Below, one piece after another: positions 24,506-38,004 of a DNA stretch of 64,000 nucleotides. The notes beneath the pieces were generated by a model, which was not told the DNA's origin, did not search any database, and saw only the letters and a list, made by a program, of their open reading frames with translations. Origin of the DNA: Ostrea edulis. Taxonomy: Eukaryota. The stretch covers positions 64,294,001 through 64,358,000 of the forward strand of contig NC_079172.1 in NCBI RefSeq assembly GCF_947568905.1, given 5' to 3'. Each line of letters begins with the position of its first letter. Position 1 is the stretch's first letter. Both the position numbers and the translations under genes were made by a program.

Positions 24506-25012
24506 TTGTCGTGTAAATAAAAGTATTAAACCCAAAATTCTTAATCACATACTATGATAACAATGTTTAACCACAAATAGTGGAATCTTTATATATCCCA
24601 TTCCATAAGATATTTATTTTTTGTATTAAATGTACAATCTGATTAGAAAAGTTAAAAAAAGTCCAGGAGGCATGTTATTAATATTAAATAAGAATAGTCT
24701 CTCTCTCTTGAGGTAACAGGGATATAGCACCTGTGTATTGTGTGTACACAGGGACGTGTTATTAAAGTGTCCGTGAAGCCGTTTTCAAAGTGCTTCTTTA
24801 AATATTGTTTATATAATAAAGAACAGAAAAAAACAAGTCTGATCACTCAGTGCTTTTTAATATGCGAGTTATTGCACGAAATATCAAAATATTGCTAATC
24901 CACACCTTTACGATAACGAAAACGGGCTCTACCGGAAGTGACGCCAACTAACATCATTGGCGCCATTCTCAATGCAAAATTGGTAGAGCTCGGTAGTGAT
25001 TATAACATCGAA

Positions 25013-28000
25013 ATGGCTAGTAAGAATAAAGGACGGATGTGCGTTGTGGCAGGTTGTAGCAAAAGACAAGCAGATGGAGTTTCGGTACATATTTTCCCAA
25101 AAGATCAGCGTCAGCGAGCAGCCTGGGTTCGTTTTGTAAAGCTAACAAGGGCAGACTGGCCTGAGCCATCGCAGTACAAAGTGATTTGTAGCGAACATTT
25201 TAACGAGGATTGCTACGAGGCCCGTTTTGCGCTGATGAAAGACTTCGGCATTCCTGCGAATAAGTGTCTTCGTAAGGGATCTGTGCCATCGATATATCCT
25301 AAGCGGAAGAGGGATGAACTCAACGACGCCTTTCTTCAGTCTCCTCAGCTCACGACCCCCCCGCCCGAACGAAGAGCATATGCAAAGCGCGCAAAAAACA
25401 TGGTAATTTTCTTTTCTGTTCTTCGTTGTTGTTGTTTTTTTAATCAAACACACTCAGAAGTATTATTCCCACAGCGATGCAGGTTTCAACTTAATAACTT
25501 TATAAACAATGTACATGTCTAGCTGAAAGTAGCCAATGTCTAATGCAATCATTTCCATTTACCATATGAAACAATATAAATCAATGTACAGTAACATGTT
25601 AAATACAAAGATGTCCTTTATTTTGACTTCATGAATTGCTGGACTTCACGCATCAGTGAGGCGAGACAGTGACACAGAAGTGCAGTGGGTACAATGTACC
25701 TGTCTCATAAGCAAATAGCATACCTATCTGATTATTTGTTGAATCTCATCTTCGTAATTAATTACTAATTTACTATACTTGCAAAAATTTGAGTGTAGGT
25801 AAATTTTTAGCTAAGGATCTATATGAGTTGCTTGTCAATTCATTATTCCTTTATTTAGACTATGGTGCTAAGTAAAACATTTTTTTTTTCATTAGGCAAA
25901 AAAAATTGAGATGGGATGCATGCTTATGTTTTCTACGTTTCTTGCTTCATTGTTGCTTTCATGCTCAGATTGAGGATTCGCGGGGGGGGGGGGGGGGTCC
26001 AGATCCCCACCCAGAATTTCCTAGACTTAGTACTGCATTTCCTCAAGGATGTGGTTACACTTGTAACAATTGTTGCATTGGTTCATTATAGATACTGACA
26101 GAGTTGCTGTGTGACAACAATACAGAAATACCAGTAGAGGAAGACCTACAAGAGCATGTTGAGAGTCAGCAAGCACCCATTCAGGTATTCCTGTTTACAT
26201 AAATCAATTTAAACCAGGGTTTAAACTTAACACCTGTTCACTCACCAAATGCAAGTGAAATTTGGGTTGAGCGAGTACAATTGAAATCTTGGTAACCCAC
26301 ATGGCCAGTACATTTTCTTTTCAAAAAAGTATTTTATATCGGGTTCGGTATTGTGATAATCCATATTCATAAATACATTTTCCAAAATGATGCTTTAGAA
26401 ATTTAACCAGTCCCATCGGACTGACTAAAACAGATGAATGTCAGTCCGCCAGACGTTTAACCAATCACAGACTGACGAGCATATATGTTAATTCCGAGCC
26501 CTGTCCATGGTTCGAGGAAAGTGAGGTTGGGATGCTTTGCTTGATGTTGATATGGAATGAACACTGATAAACATATATATATATATATTAATATTGATAG
26601 TGAGACTATTTTACATTATTTGAGTTGGTGGGCTACAAAATTCTTCGGTGGGTTCCGAAATAGCAAAATCCCGGAGCCCGCGTGACTAATGGTATAATTC
26701 TTAAAGTTTAAACTCTGTAGGAGAATTTCACAAATAACAATTTCCACATATTTCTATAACAATTGATTGGAAATGGTTATAGATCATGTTTGAAAATTGT
26801 CAAAACAGAAATCTGTTTTCAAATGTAGGTTAATAAATCAAACATTTCTGAAACAGTAAAACTAGTTAAAATTGTTTTAAAAGTGTTAGCATTTGCATAT
26901 TCTACAGAATACTCAATATTTATATCTATTTTAGGAAGAGAGTAGCATATCAATGGCCTGTCAGACAGAAGAACCTAGGAAACGCAGTGTTAAGATCCAA
27001 GTGGCTGCAAAGAATAAAGAGAAAGGTCAAATTTAATGTTTACAGACAATAATATTATATCAGTGAATTGATTCTATGTACAGTTAATGTTTATTCATGT
27101 TTTTGTTACAATTAAAAAAACCCAGAAACACGATAAAAAGTTTTAGATAAAATAGAAATTTTAATACAAATCAATTCTCTCCTGTTTGTATTTTGTTACT
27201 CAAAAAAAAGTCACTTTTTACAATTGGGCAGATTGTTAATGGCCATTTTACTCTCCAGGGCTGCAAGTTAATCTCCAACCACGTGTTCGCAGCATTGGTG
27301 TACAATTTAATGGCAGGGATGACTTGCCCACTCCACAAGTACCACCAGCAGCAGTTCCTGTCCTGGATTTGTCAAGTGGGGGAGAGTCAATAGAGGAAGT
27401 AGGGAGTGAGGCTGCCTCACTGTATGAACCATCTAGTGGCTGTGCCAGTTCAGATGATTCTCATATCCATAATAATAAGTAAGCTCTATTTTGCATTCTG
27501 TGAGAATTCAAGTGTTTAGTTGAGGGGGGGGGGGGGGGAAATTAGCATTCTAAGTAAATTCAGATTGAAGTTGTAGAAATTTTTAAAAAAAATTGATTAT
27601 GTAATTCTGAACTATTTTCTATTAAAACAAAACAACATTATATATCTATTGTTGAAAAAAGTGTCTGAAAAATCCTATCAGTTGAAGTACTAAGGAAAAC
27701 CTAAGCTATATAATCAGTTTAATTTGAAATGTTTTAGCAATGAAAAGCCCTACAACCCACTGGATGAAGAAAAGTTTATAGTGTCCAGATCAAAGTTGTT
27801 GGAGCTATTCAGTAGCTGCAAGAGGTGCCATAGACACGCCACAGCCACTGTTCATCAGGTGATAGGGACGATGGCCAGGATTAGTGCAGAGTGTGAATTC
27901 TGTGGATTTACTTGGCAATGGAGTAGCCAGCCCTCCCTTGGAAACATTCCTGTAGGAAACCTCGGATTATCTGCCAGCATTCTGTTCTCTGGAGCCCTTG

Positions 28001-31000
28001 CTGCTAAAGTTCTGCGGGTTCTGCAGTTTATGGGAGTTGCAACCATAACAAGTAGAACATTTTATTCCCACCAGGCATCTGTGCTGTTTCCTGTCATTGC
28101 TCGTGTGTGGAACAGACACCAGGAGACGTATGCCAGGCAAGCGGTGGAACGAGGGGAGCCACTGTTTGTTGGTGGAGATGGGCGAGCTGACTCCCCTGGT
28201 CACTGTGCCAAGTTTGGCTCCTACAGCACTATTGACCTTGAAAAAGGAATTGTGATTGACATCCAGCTAGTTCAGGTATTTGCATAAATGAATGAAAGGA
28301 AAGATTTGACATTAACTAGTCTTTATGTATGATATTTAAACATCTATTTTAAGAAGTTTATTTTGAAAGTTGTATTTGTGATTTCAAGTTCTTGATGTTG
28401 TGTGTGAGATGTGGTTTACTTTTTCTCCTTATTTATATTGTTATACAATTTTGTAGAGTAATGAAGTAAAAAATAGTAATGGTATGGAGAAAAGAGGTCT
28501 CGAGCGTGCTGTTGACTGGGTAAAAAATAACGATCTGGAGATAGGGACGATCGTGACTGACCGCCATCTACAAATCCAGAAGTGGATCAGGGAAAATTTA
28601 CCCGAGACCACTCATTACTATGATGTGTGGCATGTTGCTAAAGGTAATATTTTTAATTGTTCACTCTGATTTATGCTCGCAACATTTACAGACATTTACT
28701 AGACACATAGCTATGCATGCTTAATTATTTGAAGTTTGGAGAGAACTGTAGAAAATATGCATTGAGAATTATCTGAGTTTGTCCTGTTTATTCAATGTAG
28801 GTTTAAAGAAAAAAGTCCTGGCTGCCGCCAAACAGAGTGAATGTGGACAACTATCGAAGTGGAGCAGGAGCCTGACAAATCACCTATATTGGGTAGCAGC
28901 CTCTACACCTAATGGGGATGGGGACTTGATGTGGGCAAAGTGGGAATCCGTTGAAAACCATGTTCACAACAAGCATGAGGGACACAATGAGCTATTCCCA
29001 TCGTGTGCCCATGGCATGCTTTATGGCGACGAACGAAAGAAGAAGTGGATAAAACCAGGTAGAACCACTTGTTAAAATTTTAGATCACCAAAGTTTACTC
29101 GAATGACCTATTGCAATTGGTCTGCGGTCATCGTCCTTCGTCATGCGTTAACAATTGAACATTTTTTACTTTTTGATGTCTACCATGCCAATTCTTTTCA
29201 ACTTTGGTATGTAGCATTTTTTGAACAAGGTGGACATAAATTGTAAATTTAAGGATTCCTGCACTCCTGGAGTCTAAGGGGCAGGACAAAAACTGCCCAA
29301 ATTTGACAAATTTTCTTTATATCCACATGTGTGTGAGAAAAACTAAATACATAGTAATGTAGTAATGTAGAACAGGAAAGCCTCTACCAAAATTTTAACT
29401 TTCATGATCCCCAGGGTAGGGGTTCTGACTCCAGGACAAGACCAAATTTGGTATAGAGTTTTAAACATTCAAAATACATCCTCTTTCATGCTATTGATAC
29501 TAAATTGCAAATAACAGATATTTAGAATGATTGGGTAGCCCATTAAGTTGTAAATTTGATGATCCCTAGGTCAGGGGTTCAGGTCCTAAGGTGGGGCCAT
29601 ATAGTGAAAATGTATTAAATATTGGGAAATCTCCTCTACTCCCATATACATTCGCGAAAAACTAATTGCATGATTTTAACGTCTATGAAAATCTCTAACT
29701 TGTGAAGTTTATGACTCCTGGCCCTTTGGTGGGGGTCAATATGGACACGCAGTGAAAATGTATTAAATCTTAGACATTTTTCTTCTTCTACTTCCATACA
29801 GAACTGAGAAACACTAAAGGCATGATTATGATGTCCATAAAGCTTTCTACCTGTATTGTGAAATTCATGGGTTCAGGCACCCCGTATGGGCTATGATCCT
29901 TAGGTGCCCCATTAAGGCCTGTGGGCCTCTTGTTCTTTGCATAGGTCTGTTGATAATTAAACATTTTCTTTTGTTAGCATATTATGGTTTTTATAAAAGT
30001 GTTGAGCCTTATTAAAAACTGCGAATGTTTATTGATTTCATTTTTACTAATTTTTTCTTATATCATTTTCAAAAAGGATCAAAAGCAAGTGAGAAGATTA
30101 GTGACATCATCTTGTCCAATCAGATGAAAAGGGACATTCCCAAGCTATCCCCATTGTACCAGACATCACAGATAGAGGCATTCCATAGTACTGTCAACCA
30201 CTTTGCCCCCAAAATGGTGGCCTTCTCTTACTATGGCATGTACTGCAGGTATGTTTATGCTTCAGAATTTTCATGAATGTTCAATAACCCATGCTGCTTG
30301 TATATTTTATGCAAGGCCAAATAAAATCAATTGATAGATCAACAACCCCTCCCGCCCCTCAAAAAAAGGGAGTCACCTTGATATTTTTTTTTATTTTCGC
30401 AAAATTTACAATTTCAAACAAACTTGCTTCCCAGTGACATGAGTGAATGATTAAAGTCACAGAATGTTGGTTTTGTATCTTCTACCAAGGATTCTTTGAA
30501 TTTTAACTTGATTAACACTGTGATGTCTTTTGTCATTAATTTTTTCTATCTCGGGAAATATATATTAAAAAATAAAATCCTTCCATCTGCCCCATATTTT
30601 TTGTGCTCCTGTATGATAATCTACTAATTAAGTTGAATTGACCAAAGCATGTTTAAGATAAGTAATTTTATAGCAATATTGTTTTAAGGTTGATCGTTGC
30701 TGCTCTTCATTTCAATGAAAATACGTCAAGAGTGCAGGCTGCTACAAAGGAAGGGAACATGCAGTTCAAGATCAGCTTTCCCAAGTTTAAGCATGGAGAG
30801 TACAGTGTGCGAAAGAGAACTGTAGATTCAACATATGGTACTACAACAATACTCCTTTCCTCTCCTCTTTTTCTCTCTCCCTCTCTTGACTAATGGGAAT
30901 GCCTAAATAAAGTCTATATATATATATACCAATAAAATAGAAACAGTATAAAGAATTTAAAAAATTTAATTTGAATTTATGGAAAACAATGAGCACCTAG

Positions 31001-31258
31001 AAGAGTAGAAATTAAGATTCTCATATGACACAGTTATTGCATATTGACTTCATTTCAGGGTATGTAACTTCATTGATGACTGAGACATTCGCATCCATGG
31101 AAGCTTCAGTTGATGCTACATCACCCCATCAACCACCTGTCTCCTGCTTGCCAGAAATACAGCCACCACCACTTTGCAGTAACTTTGTGCATCCTGAAAA
31201 AAGTGAGGCAGTGCAGCATTTCAGATCTCGTTTTAGGAGGAAAGAGACACCAGTATAG
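25013..31258 (+). CDS. THAP-domain DDE transposase, 10 exons, 765 aa, apparently intact
   Basis: Exons 25013-25402, 26092-26184, 26935-27025, 27259-27478, 27738-28275, 28457-28643, 28801-29058, 30077-30248, 30689-30837 and 31059-31258 are all GT-AG and total 2298 nt in frame. THAP C2CH motif (CVVAGC...W...CSEHF); GGDGRADSPGH, VTDRH and QIEAFH carry the D/D/E candidates. Confidence 0.88.
29078..29934 (+). mobile_element. HINE-like element with degenerate 150-170-bp (Cg170-like) monomers in transposase intron 7
   Basis: Starts ttttagatcacc and ends ttaaggcctgtgggcctcttgtt. Internal recurring motifs gtgaaattcatg / gtgaaaatgtattaaat. The Cg170 resemblance is from recall. Confidence 0.6.
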
Positions 31259-31684
31259 AAGAGAAGTGTGATGAACATGTGCGATGAACAAAACTTTATC
31301 ACGTCCATCATGTATATAGTTGTGTAGTATATTGCATATGTAAATAACTTAGTATTAGATTGCTTTATTTTTAGTGTCATAGTATGTAGCTATAGTGTAA
31401 ATAATTCCCCTTGTATAGTCATTAAAGACATGGAAACATGTAAGCAGGGCCCACGTCCCATTCCTGGGTGCAGGATTTATTTTGTAGCTGATGCTTTCAT
31501 TGATTTAAATTATTCTAATTAAAAAAATAGATATCTTTACAGATGTTTTTTATTTTTAGTGTTCTTTTTCTTGCTTATGTTTTTAACTTTTGTATAATAT
31601 TATAAATATTTTTTTCATCATGAGAAATATTGCTTTTTTTAAACTTTTTAAAAAATGTTTTACTTTGAGTCAAATTATGCTTAC

Positions 31685-33231
31685 TCATTCTGGGTCTTGA
31701 TATCCGTGATACTCCTCTGAGCTGAATGTCTCACGGATCTTTGTTACTGCACAGGAGGGGAGGGGAACTCGAACACTCTTTCCTAAGTAGCCCCAACACC
31801 AACGAGCTAGTTGACGATATGCGGTATATCTGTTTCTCCTATGATAAAAATGTATAAATTGTTACACAACTGAATACACCACTTTTGTTGAATTCCTAAT
31901 AATTATTGATAATAAAACGTCATTCTTACTCATTCATGCTGTTCTGTATATCTCCATACTGAGAACGATACTGGTAGTATGCAGTCTCCAGGACAAAGAC
32001 GTCTAGACAAACAGTCTGGAATCCAGGATGTCTTGTAATGCAGGTTAAATCATCACTATAAGACTCAATTTTCTCGACAATCTGTGGAATTTCAGAGCAG
32101 CATTTGCTTTCTAATGCTGTGGGCATGGGTGTGCATGATCCACAATTGCACCTAAAATTGTAATTGCATTATCAACATGTATTACTGAATCATTAGTTAA
32201 TGAAGTATTTGCTATGAATTAATTTCCTGAAGACAAATAGAAAAGCAGGTAAAATATTACATGGCAGCTTAATTACATGATTACCAGGTGCAGCATTCTC
32301 TTTATTTAGCAATTTCCTTGATGTCAATACAACACATTGTAAACAAAAAAATAATTCTTAAACTGATCCTTCAGTATTTTGATTGTTGAGGATTATTTTA
32401 AAAGTTGTTGAGCAACATTTATCCAATCATCAGAATAAAATAAAAGTTAACAAGGATCAAAATAATAATGGATTGGCGATCGAATTCCAAATTGTAAAGT
32501 CATCATACTTATCCACGGGGTTTTGACACAGTATGAGCAAATGGGTACTATTATACTATAATATATACCCATTTCCTCATATTTTGTCAAAACCCTGTTA
32601 TCTACATGTATGTTTCAACGCACACAGGGTAGTGGACAGTTAACAACACAGAAGAAATTTTCTTTTCATTAACATTCTTAAAATGATTGACTTTTTGTTA
32701 TGAACTCTAATCAGGACAGTGTTGTGGTCACTTCAAAGTAAAAACACGTTCAAAATTGTCATGCGACTTCTTGGCTACGCCACTACACTTAACAAATTCA
32801 ATCTAATCTAGCTTAATCAAGCTATTATAATTACGTTTATAATGAGAGCTAAATGAAGAAACTGCTGGACCTGATCAATGGCCAAACGTTTTCAATAGCG
32901 TGGATACAATTATTTTTTTTCTACACGCATAAGCTGTGAAGTTATAAAGTTTATAGATATATTTTATCAATTTAATTACATGGGTAACAAATAAAAGATA
33001 GGGAAAGTTGTACCAATCTGTAATTTCTAGTCTGTGCTGGTCGTCGACTTCGTCTTCGCTTGAACCATCCGATTCGCTAAGATCAGTCGCTTCAGGTTCA
33101 AACCGATATGGGACTATGTCCTGCTGATGTTCCTCGTGTTCTTCTTCGAAGGATGATATCTCAAATGACATGTGTAGGTCAATATCCGACGAAGAATCCG
33201 AGGTTACGCTGTTATCGTTTACAGTTGCCAT
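31685..33231 (-). CDS. KolX-type protein (197 aa): acidic N-terminus plus Cys-rich domain resembling the P2X7 C-terminal ballast
   Basis: Exons 33231-33014, 32151-31930 and 31838-31685 total 594 nt in frame: WCNCGSCTPMPT..ESKCC...CIT.HPGF..VCL and RYTAYRQLARWCWGYLGKSVRVPLPSCAVTKIR. Confidence 0.85.
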
Positions 33232-33983
33232 TTCAAAGCTGATGTAAAGTGACGTCACGCAAGTATTTTGCTAATAATAGTACAACCGGAAGTTGCCTTG
33301 ATTGGTTTTAATCAGGTGCGAAAATCGACAACTTTGAACGGGAATAATTTCCTTATCGCCGCTATATTGACTGTCAAATTTTGGGATATTGACTTTCGTG
33401 TTATTCTACACCAATTAATCAAAACTTTGACTTTGACTTCACGGACTCTTTAAGGGAGGGGTTGTCAGCTATACCCACTGTCTATTGTTTTCTCATTGAT
33501 GGTTTCATTATTAAGCAACACAATGTTTATATGAGTGCACACATTGAGTAGCCCATGTTGAGGATCTTTCTGGTCTTAAAATTAATTTAAACATGGCAAT
33601 TGGAGTCATTAGCCATATTATGAACCCCGGGTTAAATATTTTATAGGGGGGGGTCTTTATATCGCAGCGAAAAAGTGAACCCGTGTTTAAATTATTATGC
33701 TATATATTGAACCCTGCAGGTTCAATATTTCATGGTATCAAAATATTATGCTACACCGGAAATAATATATGTGCTCATAACAAACAACATATCGAAGTTT
33801 TAATCATGGTAAATCAGTGTAAAATAGTGTTTACTGTAGTACATGTAATTCAATATATTAGAGTTTTTACCATAGTTAATTATAGTTAATGTAGTAAAGT
33901 TTACCATATTTAATCGATGTATCAAAAAGTTGCAATTATAGTAAACACACAAGAATATTTTAATGTGTTTTACCTTTTTTCAG

Positions 33984-36900
33984 TTTCTGTCCATTTTGAA
34001 TAAGATTAATCTCACACTGTCAGACAATTCCAAGCACAGACTCTTGACAGAATATGCGGATACATGGGATCACAGTTTGATTCAAGCCATATCAAGTGGG
34101 ATGGATGGAAAATTAAATGGCGATAATCTGGACATTAGGGTTGAGTCAAATGACATTCGAGTTGAAAATAAATCCAAATATTTTCATTTCTTTGCCTCAA
34201 ATTGGGTTGCTGACAGAGTTAATGTCAGAACTATTCCTGAAGATGGACCACTCAGAAGTGTTCATAACCTTACTGCAGATGCTTTCATTCCTTCATCATA
34301 TGAGATTACTACTTTTAAGACCTGTTTGAAAACATTGTTAGCAAGAAAGATAATTTGTTACATTGATGAATTTAAGTGGATGAAGAAACTGGTACCTGAA
34401 CATATTCCTCATGAATAGCAGGCAGAGATGTCAGAGAAGTCTTCAATATCCACCTTGCCCATCATGTTAAAGAATGAAGCAAGCTACTCCGACTGCATTG
34501 AAATCATGGATGAATATATTCAAGTCACTTCAAGACTTTATTCTAAGGCTGGAAGGGGTAATACTTACGAACTACAAAACATTTCTCATCATCAAAGATT
34601 AATTACTTTCTAATCACCCCCACGCTGTATCACACCCATACAGTCGATCATCCCCTCACAATTAATTGCGAGAAGGGATATAGTAACTGGTCCATTCATG
34701 TGTAGGCGAAAGGTCCAAGTCACCACAGGACTTCATGGAGAAAGCTTATAAACACTTGTTATGAGATGTGCCCCATCTCGCAGAGCTCTTATAGTTCTTA
34801 AAACTCCATCCACTGTTATCTATTTTAATGGAAATTTTTGTGTTCATGTTGTTATATATTAAAATATATATGTGCACTCTAAATTGATAGGAGGAGAATT
34901 GGAGAATTTTCAAATTCCTGTTGGTGGGGATCAACTCACAAGAGTTCAACTCCAAGGAGCAAAATCCTTAAGACTGGGAGCCCATCATCCAAAGGAACGT
35001 TTTGATTGTCTTGAGCCAATAGTAGTTGAGATGTTCCATACTATGCAGGATTTTCTCGAGGTATTAGGGGATAGATAAATTATTCAATGTCCGACAGAAA
35101 ACTAAATTCACATAGTTTTTCATCAAGGACCACCCCCCCCCCCCCCACCTTTAAACTAAATATGATGACTGTTGAAACTTGTCGATTAACAAGTAAAAGC
35201 ATATGAGTATGATTAACACTCTGTATACTTTTTCTACTGTTCATTCACAAATGAAAGTGTACATTAAACTATTTTATGTTCATTAAGATGTAATATTATG
35301 TGGTTTTTATGAGTCACTTGTCTTTTTTCTTTTTCCACTGAAGTGTAATCAATGTTGGATGGCAGAAACTCACATGAGTTTTTACCCCTTCATCTAACTA
35401 TTTGAATTAGACTTTTAACCGACATCAATCTTTTGATTTCGCCCTTAAGTAATTTCTGTCATTATCATGTTAATAATTTTGGTCAATCACAATATTTTTA
35501 TGTTTCATCATATCAATACCACATTTTTGAACATCTTGACCAATTGAAAAAATCAATTCATTTTAACAGAAACTGTGCAAGAAATTCTTAAAGCTTTCTT
35601 TGCCAAAGGACAGATGCACCTTGGCTAACCTGAAGATACTAATCCAGAAAAGTAATGTAAATGGGAAAGTCAAAGTGCGTTTTGAGGTAATTATGACGAG
35701 TCTGTATTATTAGTATGCATCTGATTAGTATGTTCTTTTTTCCATACTTTATTTATTTCATGTACGTATATTTCCAGGCCCATGACCAGTTTATAGACAC
35801 CATTGGAACATCTTATCTGCTTGCTTTGACCATGAACTTGTTTGGAATGGAAAGTCTCCATGACAAACCCACTCATCAAGTGCTACCAGAGAATGTTGGA
35901 AATCTTCATCATGAGAGCAAGGAAAAGGTTTTTCATGCCATTCTTGATCACATCCTAGATCAAACATTCATTCCACCTCTAGATCAAAACACAAAGGTAA
36001 GGATAATTAATTAATGGCATGATATTTATGATGCTTCATTGCATAATGCATCTGAGCACAATTGACAGACCCTATTAGTTTTATGGTAAAATGGAGCATA
36101 TCAATTAATTAAGTTAGAGCCAATAGACTAAGTATGAAAGTACGATTACCAGATGACAGATGGACAAAGTGATTTCCACATGACCCTCTGCTTTGACCTT
36201 GGAAGTGACTCTGAGGATCTATAGAAATGTAAAGCAGGTGACTGCAAACTAGATATATTTCAGGGGGTTCAATTGAACAGGTAACAAAAGATACAGGGTT
36301 TATATTCGATTTACATGGGATGATGTTTTTGTATTTATGAGAGCATCTGTATTATCACTTTGAGAATTAATCATGAAGATACCATGATACTTATATATGC
36401 AGATCGACAATTTTTCATGATACGCAGGTGGTTGTTATGGCCCATGGGCCTCTTGTTATATTTGTCTTTAGTTTCTGTATCAGAATTATCCTTATTTCAT
36501 TATGATCCTTATGAGGTGTTGTGTACTAGTGAGGAAAACGTTAGACACATGTCACACCAGGGACAAGAGACTCAACGTGGAAAAAACACTCCTGATTCAC
36601 TAACCATTCCTGCAGAACCCTTACCGGATGATTTGCGCAACTATGTAATCAATTTCTTGAACTGGCACTTCATATTGTGTTTGATGCAAGATGCAATCTC
36701 AGAGGATAACATTGAATTGGTGAACATTGTCTTGAAATTCATGATACCACTGTTTTATAGCCATTCCAAATTGTCAAACTATCTGACAGAGTGCATAGAC
36801 TTCATCCTAAAAACAGAGTGGATCCTTAATCCTAGAATGGTTCTGAAAGTTAGGACAGGGGCATTCATTAATAACTCAGGACAAACAGGACACAACATAG

Positions 36901-37307
36901 CTGCGGAAATGAATAAAGAGCATGAAGTTAAGGAGTTGAAAGAACTTATTAAAGGCCTTGGATCCAATAAGACCCAAGATTCAATTCTCAAAATTTCGAA
37001 GGCTTCACCAGTTATTAAGGAAGTGTCTAACAATTGTTGCAAGTTATTGGATGTAAAGACTATTCATACAACACAGAGAAACAGAAGTGACTCTAGTGAT
37101 ATCAATCGCATTTTAGAAGCTGCTTTACGATCCAACAACCCATGGACATTCACGCCTGGGCGAAAATTGTGTGCCTTTCCACATATATGCAAATCTCCTT
37201 ACAATTTTGACATTCATGCATTCAGAGGTACGGTGATGAGCACTGTGCATAGGTTGAGGAGAGGTTTGAACTTTAATCATGAAAGTGATGATGAAGATTC
37301 TGAGTGA
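33984..37307 (+). pseudogene. Academ-type (DUF6589-like) transposase, multi-exon, 5' exons not found
   Basis: Exons at about 33984-34557, 34890-35059, 35570-35686, 35779-35996 and 36525-37307 give NGDNLD, GGDQLTR, EMFH, NYLTECIDF and FINNSG..GHNIAAEMNKEH. In-frame TAG at 34416-34418. Confidence 0.75.
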
Positions 37308-38004
37308 ATCTTACCTTTGATATGATTTATGTGATAGTATGCATGTGTGAAGAGAATGTGTTGAAAATATATGAAATAACTTTAAGAAATTGTGTCAACT
37401 TTATATGCATACCCTCTTTTTTGTACACAGAATTCCTTGAATATAAATAATACGGAATTGTACCAGTGTCCATACAATGTACATGTATTTCATTCATTGA
37501 ACAAACTTAATATTCCCTTTGGGATTCACATTAGTATCTTACAAGGACACAAATCAATGTCAGAAATTAAAATTGCACTTAATTCAATAACCATGTTCTA
37601 TTTTTATATGTAGTTACAAGCTGATTGAGTAGTGCAATGACAGACAGTAAGACAAATTATGAATTTTAATTTTAAAGGTCAAAATATCAATGTCGAGTTG
37701 AAGGCTGATGTTTAAACATATGACATAATGAACAGATCTAAAAGTGTACAATGTAGTCCACTGCATCCTTGTCTTTAAGGTATTCAATGAATAACAGAAG
37801 AAGATTGAAAATTGGTGAATATTAAAAAAATTCAATCAATAAGCAAAATTTTAAAAATCTCATGATGGAATATTTTTGTTTAATAAACTCGTCACAATGA
37901 AACCATGATTACAAATACCCCACCATACATTTATGAAATATGATCATTGGACATTGAATACCTTAAGATCTAGATAACAATAGAAAATAAATATATCATG
38001 TACT

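Larger units (their letters stand above)
24766..33449 (+). mobile_element. Complete Kolobok DNA transposon (8684 bp)
   Basis: TTAA at 24762-24765 and 33450-33453; 13-bp TIRs AGTGTCCGTGAAG / AGAGTCCGTGAAG (12/13); THAP-transposase plus a convergent second gene. Confidence 0.9.

Noticed and set aside
31685-33231. Host P2RX7 receptor, or a host THAP gene on the other strand
   Set aside because: No transmembrane or ectodomain exons; both genes lie inside TIRs with TTAA TSDs.
24766-33449. KolobokP-type long terminal direct repeats
   Set aside because: The two ends share only the 13-bp inverted repeat; no long direct repeat or His-Me nuclease ORF was seen.
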